Assembly: GCA_023248095.1 (NCBI GenBank)
Contig: JAHFFF010000002.1
Location: 2,717-40,230, forward strand
From: Candidatus Omnitrophota bacterium
GTDB taxonomy: Bacteria > Omnitrophota > Gorgyraeia > 1-14-0-20-64-10
Length of the DNA stretch: 37,514 nucleotides
Direction of reading: 5' to 3'
Shown here: one piece after another, positions 18,009-25,515 of the stretch
How positions within the stretch are numbered: position 1 is the stretch's first letter
How the letters are laid out: each line of letters starts with the position of its first letter
Notes under the pieces: model-generated
Seen by the model: the letters and a program-made list of their open reading frames with translations, nothing else
Database searches by the model: none
What the model was told of the DNA's origin: nothing
Translations under genes and position numbers: made by a program

Positions 18009-18629
18009 GTGGCAACAGAGCATCCGCCGAGGCGGCGCTTCTTCCGCCTGCTGCAATGGCAACTGATTCGGACCGCCATCTGGCTTGTGCCTGGCAGCCG
18101 CCGGATTCAAACCCATGACCGCACCCTTTTGGAGCAGGTGATCTTTCAGGAGATATTCCTCACCGGCCGATACAGAAACATCCTGTTCGCCGGCTGCGCT
18201 TCCTATACATCGTGGTACCCTTGGATCTTCGAGTGTTTTGATTCAATCCGCTTTGAGACCATCGATCAGGACCCAGCGAACCAGCAGCATGGGTGCCGCC
18301 GGCATCACCGGGTAGGCCGCTTGGAGGAGTTGGTGAATTCTTCCAATCAGGTGGGGCCCTATGACCTGGTCATCCTCAACGGCCTGTTTGGGTTCGGCAC
18401 GGATGATGCCGAAGGGATCCGCCAGGTGATCTCCGCAAGCCGTAAGGTCTTGCAGCCGGGGGGAATGCTTCTCATCGGCTTCAACGACGTGGCGGGCAAT
18501 GCTCGCTTCGATCCTGACTGGATAAGCGAGCGGGATTTCAGAAGGGGGATCATCCCTGGCACAAATGAGCACGATTTTCTGGCGCAAGGAGAACACCGGC
18601 ACCGGTTCGTCTCCTTCATCAGGAGGTAA
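18009..18629 (+). CDS. Class I SAM-methyltransferase-fold protein with a degenerate glycine loop (function uncertain)
   Basis: 'ILFAGCASYT' (motif I position), 'ETIDQD', 'DLVILNGLFGFG', 'VLQPGGMLLIGFND'. GTG start. Confidence 0.45.
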   Translation: MATEHPPRRRFFRLLQWQLIRTAIWLVPGSRRIQTHDRTLLEQVIFQEIFLTGRYRNILFAGCASYTSWYPWIFECFDSIRFETIDQDPANQQHGCRRHHRVGRLEELVNSSNQVGPYDLVILNGLFGFGTDDAEGIRQVISASRKVLQPGGMLLIGFNDVAGNARFDPDWISERDFRRGIIPGTNEHDFLAQGEHRHRFVSFIRR

Positions 18630-18637
18630 AGAGGTAG

Positions 18638-19615
18638 ATGGACCAGACACTGCTTCTGTTGCTGATAACCCTGGTATCGGGATTGGTTGGTCTAATCTAC
18701 GGCTTTTACGCAGCAACGACAGGCCGGCACGGACTCCTGCGGGTGGACTACAAGTGGGCCATCGGGGTTTACTCTGGCCAAAATCCATTCAACCTCATCC
18801 CCGCACCCGGCGTAAAAAATCCTGTGCTGGAGGTCCGGCACGTGCGCGACGTGAAGGCCTGTCTAATCGCCGATCCTTTCCTGATCCGACAAGGGAACCT
18901 ATGGCATCTCTTCTTCGAGGTTGTGGCTGCTGCGACGCGAAGGGGATCCATCGGGTTGGCGCAGAGCCCCGACGGTTTGCACTGGCAGTACCAAAGGATT
19001 GTTCTCTCCGAGCCGTTTCATCTGTCTTACCCCTATCTTTTCCATTGGAAGAGCTCCACCTACCTCGTCCCAGAAACAGAGTCTCAACAATCCGTCCGGC
19101 TTTATGCAGCCGAGGACTTTCCATTCCGGTGGAAGTTCGTTCAACCCCTCTTGACCGGTAGGCCGTTCCACGATCCATCCCTCTTCTTCCATCAAGGGAG
19201 TTGGTGGATGTTGGTCGGGATCGGAGCCAAGAGCGATACCCTCTGCCTCTTCCAAGCAGACGACCTGCTGGGGCCCTGGCGAGAGCACCCTCGAAGCCCC
19301 ATCGTGCAGGCCAATCCCCATGGAGCCAGGCCCGGAGGACGGGTGCTGGTCGTGGGAGACCGGATCATCCGCTTTGCCCAAGAGACCTGCCCGTACTATG
19401 GCAAGGGCCTGAGGGCCTTTGAGATTATCCGGCTGACCCCCCAGGAATACCAAGAGCGGGAAATTCCTTTACCGATCTCCGACCCGAAGAAAGACCGCGG
19501 CGCATGGAACAGTTACGGGATGCATCATCTGGATATCCAGCCGACGACAGAAGGCCGATGGCTGGCCTGTGCGGATGGGCAAAAACGGGTGCTTGCGCCT
19601 TCCTTTTGGAAATAG
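18638..19615 (+). CDS. N-terminally membrane-anchored protein, beta-propeller (GH43-like) / GINT1-like family candidate
   Basis: TM helix 'LLLLLITLVSGLVGLIYGFYA'. Repeated blade-like motifs 'DPFLIRQGNLWHLFFEVV', 'GLAQSPDGLHWQY', 'FHLSYPYLFHW', 'VPETES', 'HDPSLFFHQGSWWMLVG'. AGGAGG SD at 18622-18627. Confidence 0.4.
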   Translation: MDQTLLLLLITLVSGLVGLIYGFYAATTGRHGLLRVDYKWAIGVYSGQNPFNLIPAPGVKNPVLEVRHVRDVKACLIADPFLIRQGNLWHLFFEVVAAATRRGSIGLAQSPDGLHWQYQRIVLSEPFHLSYPYLFHWKSSTYLVPETESQQSVRLYAAEDFPFRWKFVQPLLTGRPFHDPSLFFHQGSWWMLVGIGAKSDTLCLFQADDLLGPWREHPRSPIVQANPHGARPGGRVLVVGDRIIRFAQETCPYYGKGLRAFEIIRLTPQEYQEREIPLPISDPKKDRGAWNSYGMHHLDIQPTTEGRWLACADGQKRVLAPSFWK

Positions 19616-19616
19616 G

Positions 19617-19690
19617 GGGCGATTAGCTCAGTTGGTTAGAGCACTTCCTTTACACGGAAGGGGTCGGAGGTTCGAGCCCTCCATCGCCCA
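19617..19690 (+). tRNA. tRNA-Val (anticodon TAC)
   Basis: Manual cloverleaf: acceptor GGGCGAT/ATCGCCC, D arm GCTC..GAGC, anticodon stem CTTCC/GGAAG with loop TTTACAC, T arm GGAGG-TTCGAGC-CCTCC, discriminator A. No encoded CCA. Confidence 0.9.
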
Positions 19691-19704
19691 TTTCTTCTTC
19701 AGCT

Positions 19705-20859
19705 TTATTTGATCAAATCCCCATAAGCCTTGCAGGCTCGTTGTCCGTACAACTCCCAAGAATACTGCTGTGCCTTCTTCCGTGCCGCCTCTGCCATGGA
19801 GACCTGGAGGGTAGCATCCCGATAAAGATTTTCGAGGCACTGCATCACCCGTTCCGGAGAACGCGCCGGAAGTACGAACCCCTCCCGCCCGTTTTCAATC
19901 AGATCTGGACCGCCTGAATTTTCTGTGCAGACGACGGGCAGCCCAGAGGCCATCGCCTCCAGTAGGACCATGCCGAATCCATCTTCAATGGAGCAGAGGG
20001 CAAACAGGGATCCCTGGGCATAAAGCTCGGCTAAACTTGCGTGGGGGTGCGGGGGAATCCAGCGGAAGGTCCCGGCGTATCGCTTCAGGATGGGGCGAGC
20101 CTCAGGCGCCACGGTACCAATGAGGCACAATTCCGACTGAGGCAGATGCAAGCGGGTGAATGCCTCCAGCAAGTCGTGGACCCCCTTTCGAAGGCTGATC
20201 GCTCCAACGTAGATCACCCGGAAGATTCCATCCGTTTTCGGGCGAGGATGGAATTGATGGATGTCTACGCCCAGCGGGATCTGCACCATTTTTTTGGCCT
20301 CTAGCCCTTCTTCCAGGAACGTCTTCTTCGCAAAGGTCGAGGGGACCACAATGAAATCAGCCTGCTCATACTCTCGCAGCTCCCGCTCCACAATTCCCGC
20401 CTCGGGCAACTCTCCGCGCAAACCGACCCGGGCGTACTCTTCCCGCAGCAGGCGTTCTTGCACGCGGATGTGGGAGGAAACTCTCTCGATGGCCGTCACC
20501 GCCCCGAGGCGCTTTGCCTGTACCAGCGTCTTCAGCGCAAAGCTGGACCACCCGATGTATAAGTCGCAGGGCCGCAAAGAAGCCGCCGCCTGGGCATCGT
20601 ACAATCGGTGAAGCTGAGCCTCGCTGAATAGGCGGAGTCCCCCAAATGGAAGAGACCGCTGGGCCCGATTGAGAAGCTCGGCGAAAATGAGGGAGGTCAC
20701 CCGCTCCGGGGGCAGGCCATCGGCCGCGGCAACCCATTTCGGGTAGCCGGTCAAGAGCTGCGACAGCCAGCCGCGCTGGTGGAAGGCGCGAGCCAACCGG
20801 TACGCGTGCCAGCGTCCGCCCGTCGAGATAGCGACCCGGTTAGGCTCGCCTAACGGCAT
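19705..20859 (-). CDS. Glycosyltransferase family 4
   Basis: 'EDGFGMVLLEAMASGLPVVCTENSGGPDLIENGREGF'. ATG at 20859 ('MPLGEPNRVAIS') overlaps the upstream stop by 10 nt. The track start at 21009 would overlap by 160 nt. Confidence 0.85.
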   Translation of the reverse strand: MPLGEPNRVAISTGGRWHAYRLARAFHQRGWLSQLLTGYPKWVAAADGLPPERVTSLIFAELLNRAQRSLPFGGLRLFSEAQLHRLYDAQAAASLRPCDLYIGWSSFALKTLVQAKRLGAVTAIERVSSHIRVQERLLREEYARVGLRGELPEAGIVERELREYEQADFIVVPSTFAKKTFLEEGLEAKKMVQIPLGVDIHQFHPRPKTDGIFRVIYVGAISLRKGVHDLLEAFTRLHLPQSELCLIGTVAPEARPILKRYAGTFRWIPPHPHASLAELYAQGSLFALCSIEDGFGMVLLEAMASGLPVVCTENSGGPDLIENGREGFVLPARSPERVMQCLENLYRDATLQVSMAEAARKKAQQYSWELYGQRACKAYGDLIK

Positions 20860-22193
20860 TTCAGCAATCGCTCGTAAAATCCAAGCAAGGCCTGCACATG
20901 ATTTTCCATGTTGCCGGGCGGACGCACCCCTGATTGAAGCTGCTTCAGCAAATCGGGCTCGGTCGCAATTCGCTGAAGACAACGCGCAAGGGCCCGCGCA
21001 TCCGCCCATGGGAAGAGCAATCCGTTCACGCCATCTTTCACAAGGGAGGGCAAGCTTCCCCAGCGGGGCCCAACCACCGGGATGCCCGCATGAAAGGCCT
21101 CCAGCGCCACCAGTGGCCCTGTTTCAAATGCAATCGATGGGACCACCACAACGTCCAGACCGGAAAAAACCTCAGCGAGATGAGCAGGTTCAAAGCTCCC
21201 TGCCAGTGCGACACGGGGATCGCGCTGAGCCAATGCCGCTACCAACGCTTGCACCTTCTTTTCCCGCTCCCCATGAGCCATCCCATAGAAGATGAACTGC
21301 AGCGGCAGCCGCTCAGGAATCTTCTGAATCGCCTGGACCAAAAGATGCGTCCCCTTCTCCGGGTGAAACCGGCCGATGCACCCTACGCGGATCACGGGAG
21401 ATTCCTTGCGGGTGATCGCAGCGGGGAGCTCTACGGCGTGGGGGATCATCTGGATGCGGCTCTCCGGCACTCCGTTGCGCAGTAACATCCCGCGTGTCTG
21501 GTCGGAGAAGGCATGCCAGCCGTCCACCTGTGAAATCAACCTATTCCAAGACCGAAGCTTGAGGCGGAACTGCCGCGTCAGTGAAAAGGCGGTGCCCATC
21601 TTGAATCTTAGTTCTCTCCCTCCGCTTTCTGTATTCGGCGAAGGGACGGCGCTGTCTCCCTGCCGCTCGGCCATCAGGGCCTTCACCTTGGTCAAACCAA
21701 AACAAACGCTGCACCGGCCTACGCGGACCTGGCCATCGCAAGGGTGATTCCATGCCTGCACAAAATCGCCGCGCGCACAAAGAAGCCCCGGATGGTGGAA
21801 ACTCATGGCCACCGGCAATCCCATCTGCTTGGCTGCCGTCACCAAGCTTCCCGAACAAACGGGGGAATAACCGTGCACATGCAACAGATCGTATGGGTTC
21901 CTCTTCAGCCATTCCCTCCACCAAGCGGTGAGGGCCTCCGCTTCCAGGCAGAGCAGCTCTTCCCAACGGAGGCCTTCGGTGCGGATGGAAAAAAAGTGGA
22001 CGGGGATCCCCTCGTAGTTTGTTTCTCGGATCTCAAACGGTGTGGTCGGGGAGCTTGTTGCCCTCGTTGTTCCGGCGACTACGGATACCGAGTGCCCAAG
22101 CCGGCGCAGGCCTCGGGCTGCGCCGGCCACGTAAACCTCCGTCCCGCCAAAACGCTCCGGGAAGAAGCAGTAGGTCGCCCACAGCATCCTCAT
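20850..22193 (-). CDS. Glycosyltransferase family 4 with a Cys4 insert (paralog of 16587..17912)
   Basis: 'MRMLWATYCFFPERFGGTEVYVAGAARGL' and 'ETGPLVALEAFHAGIPVVGPRWGSLPSLVKDGVNG'. Insert C-x12-C-x8-C-x2-C at about 21702-21779. Start could be 22193, 22187 or 22217. Confidence 0.8.
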   Translation of the reverse strand: MRMLWATYCFFPERFGGTEVYVAGAARGLRRLGHSVSVVAGTTRATSSPTTPFEIRETNYEGIPVHFFSIRTEGLRWEELLCLEAEALTAWWREWLKRNPYDLLHVHGYSPVCSGSLVTAAKQMGLPVAMSFHHPGLLCARGDFVQAWNHPCDGQVRVGRCSVCFGLTKVKALMAERQGDSAVPSPNTESGGRELRFKMGTAFSLTRQFRLKLRSWNRLISQVDGWHAFSDQTRGMLLRNGVPESRIQMIPHAVELPAAITRKESPVIRVGCIGRFHPEKGTHLLVQAIQKIPERLPLQFIFYGMAHGEREKKVQALVAALAQRDPRVALAGSFEPAHLAEVFSGLDVVVVPSIAFETGPLVALEAFHAGIPVVGPRWGSLPSLVKDGVNGLLFPWADARALARCLQRIATEPDLLKQLQSGVRPPGNMENHVQALLGFYERLLKCR

Positions 22194-22302
22194 CCGCTTA
22201 CCATCGCAGCAACGCATCTAAGGTACCACAAAAGAATCCCGGTCGCCTTCTTGCCTTGTGTTTCCACTCGGTGCCTGGTACCATTTTGATCGATTGCCTA
22301 CA

Positions 22303-22378
22303 GGGGCCGTGGTGTAGCCTGGTCTAACACGTCAGATTGTCAATCTGAAGACCGCGGGTTCAAATCCCGTCGGCCCCG
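22303..22378 (+). tRNA. tRNA-Asp (anticodon GTC)
   Basis: Acceptor GGGGCCG/CGGCCCC, anticodon stem TCAGA/TCTGA with loop TTGTCAA, T arm GCGGG-TTCAAAT-CCCGT, discriminator G. No encoded CCA. Confidence 0.9.
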
Positions 22379-22418
22379 TTTATAAACTTCGAAGCTGTGG
22401 TAAAGTAACTGCTTGACC

Positions 22419-23162
22419 ATGCAAGAGTTCCGCTGGAAAGACAGCCTCAGGTTGGTTCTGCCGCCTCTCCTAGTGGATATTTATCGGGCGGTTCTGATCC
22501 GCTCGGGTTACCGGGCGCCTCTGAGCGCATTGTTAAAGCTCCCCATTACACCCTTGGAAAAAATTTTCCCTGGCATTGGACAAGCAGAGATACAGATACC
22601 CTGTTCGCAGCTGAGTCGGGGACCGGGTGCCTTGCCGATGACAGAATACCTCTTCTTTTCTGCGATCTGCCGTTACCGGCAACCGCTCCGCGTTCTTGAG
22701 ATTGGAACCTTCCGGGGCTCAAGCACGCTGGCAATGGCAGTCAATTCGCCCGATAGGACAGAGGTATTCACGCTGGACCTGGATCCTTCGCACAAAAAAC
22801 CGACGAAGTACCCTCTGAACATTGGGGGGCTTGAAAACCATCCTTTCGCACCCGGGGAGCTGTTCCTGCAGACTCCCTACGCGAGAAAAATCCGCCAGCT
22901 TTACGGCGACTCCGCGTCGTTCGATTTTCAGCCGTTCTACGGCACGATGGACCTGGTCTTTATCGACGGCAACCACGGGTACGAGAACGTCCGCTCTGAC
23001 AGTGAGCAGGCTTTCCGTATGCTGCGTCCCGGAGGCCTCATCCTCTGGGATGACTACTACGACGCGTTTCCTTCCGTGGTGCGCTGCCTCAACGAAATCC
23101 ACGCCTCGCGGCCGCTTCTCCACATTGAGCGGAGCCGGTTGGTCCTCTATCTCTCCGCATGA
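22419..23162 (+). CDS. Class I SAM-dependent methyltransferase (O-methyltransferase family 3 / Methyltransf_24-like)
   Basis: 'VLEIGTFRGSSTLAMA', 'VFTLDLDP', 'DLVFIDGNHGYENV', 'LRPGGLILWDDY'. Start is ATG at 22419 or TTG at 22413. Confidence 0.8.
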   Translation: MQEFRWKDSLRLVLPPLLVDIYRAVLIRSGYRAPLSALLKLPITPLEKIFPGIGQAEIQIPCSQLSRGPGALPMTEYLFFSAICRYRQPLRVLEIGTFRGSSTLAMAVNSPDRTEVFTLDLDPSHKKPTKYPLNIGGLENHPFAPGELFLQTPYARKIRQLYGDSASFDFQPFYGTMDLVFIDGNHGYENVRSDSEQAFRMLRPGGLILWDDYYDAFPSVVRCLNEIHASRPLLHIERSRLVLYLSA

Positions 23163-23944
23163 GACTCTACGGTGTCTGCACCCCTTCTCACCAACCATTG
23201 CTACGGAACTGGCTGCTGCCTACCCTCCAAGATCCTTACGAACTGCGCATCCAATCGTACAACCAGATCGGCTCGGAGGAGCAGCATGTTTTCGGAACGC
23301 CCCAATTTATTCGGACGACGATGTTCAAATTGGACGTCGTGCTGAGAGCCCTTCGGGAAAACTGGGAAGATTTGTTCGTTTTCACTGACATGGACGTGCA
23401 GTTCTTTCGCCCCACCGAACTGCTGCTGCGCCGTTTGATCAATGGTTTCGACCTGCTCTTTCAACGCGATTCCCCGGAAGGGATCGCCTGCTCCGGGTTT
23501 CTACTGTGCCGGGCGACTCCGACCACTCTCCGCTTCTGGGAAAGCGTTCGGCGATACATGGAAACATTCCCCCAGAAAAACGACCAGGATGCCGTTAATG
23601 ACCTGCTCCTCATCGGGCGAGTGCGCCAGCAAAGATATCCCGGGTGGCAAGTGGTGAACCGGATTCTTGACATGGACAACCCAGCCAGTTTCAAGCTTCG
23701 AACCTTGGTCCGGTTCTTATTGAAGAAAAAAAACCAGTTCGGGCTTCGTTGGAACTATCTTCCGAACACGTTCATGAGCGGAGGAACGTTGACCGGCAGA
23801 CCCTGGAAACCCGGCATATCGCTGCCTGTGCCGCAAGGAATCATCCTTCACCACGCCAACTGGACTATCGGGATTGAAAACAAGATTGCACAGCTCCGCT
23901 TGGTGCGCCAAACGGTGGAGAGCCGCCGTGACAACCGAAAATAA
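23159..23944 (+). CDS. Nucleotide-diphospho-sugar transferase family protein (PF03407-like, GT-A fold with DXD)
   Basis: 'FVFTDMDVQFFRP', 'LLFQRDSPEGIACSGFLLCRATPTTLRFWESV', 'KNDQDAVNDLL'. ATGA overlap with the upstream methyltransferase. Confidence 0.6.
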   Translation: MRLYGVCTPSHQPLLRNWLLPTLQDPYELRIQSYNQIGSEEQHVFGTPQFIRTTMFKLDVVLRALRENWEDLFVFTDMDVQFFRPTELLLRRLINGFDLLFQRDSPEGIACSGFLLCRATPTTLRFWESVRRYMETFPQKNDQDAVNDLLLIGRVRQQRYPGWQVVNRILDMDNPASFKLRTLVRFLLKKKNQFGLRWNYLPNTFMSGGTLTGRPWKPGISLPVPQGIILHHANWTIGIENKIAQLRLVRQTVESRRDNRK

Positions 23945-24074
23945 CAAAAGCCGATTTGTGGTAGGCTGTAGCAATCAGGTCGCTATGAGAGATCGGGCTG
24001 CGGGTCCGACAGGTGGAGTTCCAAAATCGTCCCGTCGGGACTGTCGCGCCTCAACCGGAGGTTCCCAACAGCGG

Positions 24075-24773
24075 ATGCCGCTGATCCAAACGCCTGTTTC
24101 GGAGTTCGTCCTTCAGGAAACCTCTCTTAAAAGATTTTTTCGATCCATCACGCCAAAACCGCTATGGCGCCTGGGAGGAACCGCACTCCGCCGCACCGTC
24201 GGATGGCCACGCTACGCAGGGGAAACCTCCAGGGCTCGATCGCGCAGGAAACAGGAGGGTTTCTTTGAGAAATTCTGCCGCGGGAAAGGCCTGGACATCG
24301 GCTACGGTGGCGACCTCCTCTGCGGCAATTGCGTTGGCTGGGATTACGAGAAAGGCGATGCGCAATACTTAAACGGCATTGAAGATACCTCCTTCGATTT
24401 TGTCTATTCTTCCCACTGTCTGGAGCACATGGTCGACGCCCAAATCGCGCTTCGCCATTGGTGGCGGGTCCTCAAGCCGGGAGGGTACCTGATCCTGTTT
24501 GTTCCCCACCGGGACCTGTACGAGAGAAAGAAAATCCTTCCCTCCAATTGGAATCCGGACCACAAGCGTTTTTTCCTGGTTGAAAAAGACGATCCGCCAG
24601 ACACGGTCGGGCTGGTCCCGATGCTTCAACAAGCGCTCCCGGATGGCGAGATCTTGTATGCGAAGGAATGTGCCTTCGGTTATCGGGTCAACCAGGACGG
24701 ATATCCGATGGGGGAATACTCGATAGAAGCGGTCGTGAAGAAACCTCGCCCTGGAGAAGCCCTGCATGGGTAA
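24075..24773 (+). CDS. Class I SAM-dependent methyltransferase (Methyltransf_11/23-like)
   Basis: 'GKGLDIGYGGDLL', 'DFVYSSHCLEH', 'VLKPGGYLILFVPHRDLYE'. ATG at 24075 follows GGAGG; in-frame alternatives are 23985 and 23874. Confidence 0.75.
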   Translation: MPLIQTPVSEFVLQETSLKRFFRSITPKPLWRLGGTALRRTVGWPRYAGETSRARSRRKQEGFFEKFCRGKGLDIGYGGDLLCGNCVGWDYEKGDAQYLNGIEDTSFDFVYSSHCLEHMVDAQIALRHWWRVLKPGGYLILFVPHRDLYERKKILPSNWNPDHKRFFLVEKDDPPDTVGLVPMLQQALPDGEILYAKECAFGYRVNQDGYPMGEYSIEAVVKKPRPGEALHG

Positions 24774-25509
24774 TAACCGCTCGCAATACCTGGCGCGGCA
24801 AAAGGCGTTCTGGAACGTCACGGACGAGAAGATCGCTACATACCAGCGCATCTACGCCGATGGGACTGGGTCGGAAATCCGCTGCCGTACGCATACCCAA
24901 CAATCCCTGGCTCATATACTCGAAGGAATACACCCCCAGTCGGATTGGACCCTCTTGGAAATCGGGTGCGGAAATGGGCGCTTGATGCTCGAATTGAGCC
25001 GTCTCTTTCAGTTCCAACGCCTTATTGGCATTGACATTTCCGAGTCCATGATTTCCTTCGCGCGGAAAAATTTAGCCTACGACCCAAGGGTTGAATTATT
25101 TGTAAACAGCGGGTGCGATCTGGCTATGGTGCAGGATGATTTCGTCGATTTCGCATATGCCAATGATGTCTTCATTCATTTGTTCGACTACGACATTATC
25201 GTCGGCTATTTCCGCGAGGTTCACCGGGTTCTGAAAAGAAACGGCGTATTCCGTTTTAACATCAATCGATTTGACCCCGACACGGCGTTTGGAAACTCTC
25301 TAGGTGGCCGGTTCGCCAAATTCATGTATCGGTGTGGGCTGCGGTCTGCAGGCCGACACCGGTGGGAACCGCGTCAAGGAACGGGGTTCCATGGGAACCA
25401 GTTTATGATTCGAGAGATCCGCCACGCCCTCAAGCAGGGGTTCTTTCCCGTTGCCGAAATCCACCCGGAGGACATTTATCTCTGGTGTACCGTTCGAAAG
25501 ATTCAATAA
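24766..25509 (+). CDS. Class I SAM-dependent methyltransferase
   Basis: 'LLEIGCGNGRLMLEL', 'LIGIDISESMISFARKNL', 'FAYANDVFIHL', 'VLKRNGVFRFN'. 8-nt overlap with the upstream gene. Confidence 0.8.
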   Translation: MGNNRSQYLARQKAFWNVTDEKIATYQRIYADGTGSEIRCRTHTQQSLAHILEGIHPQSDWTLLEIGCGNGRLMLELSRLFQFQRLIGIDISESMISFARKNLAYDPRVELFVNSGCDLAMVQDDFVDFAYANDVFIHLFDYDIIVGYFREVHRVLKRNGVFRFNINRFDPDTAFGNSLGGRFAKFMYRCGLRSAGRHRWEPRQGTGFHGNQFMIREIRHALKQGFFPVAEIHPEDIYLWCTVRKIQ

Positions 25510-25515
25510 TTACCG

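Noticed and set aside
22222-22282. Two (A/T)GGTACCA palindromic sites 55 bp apart in the spacer between the GT4 operon start and tRNA-Asp, a possible operator pair
   Set aside because: The core is only 6-8 bp. GGTACC(A) also occurs in coding sequence elsewhere (for example twice around 29.33-29.37 kb), and several chance occurrences are expected in 37.5 kb. This is not enough to call a regulatory site.
23945-24074. 130-nt gap before the 24075 methyltransferase, containing the small hairpin GTCCC-GTC-GGGAC, as a possible sRNA or riboswitch
   Set aside because: The hairpin is only 5 bp with a 3-nt loop. The gap may also be coding if the methyltransferase starts at 23985 or 23874. No conserved riboswitch-like architecture was recognised.
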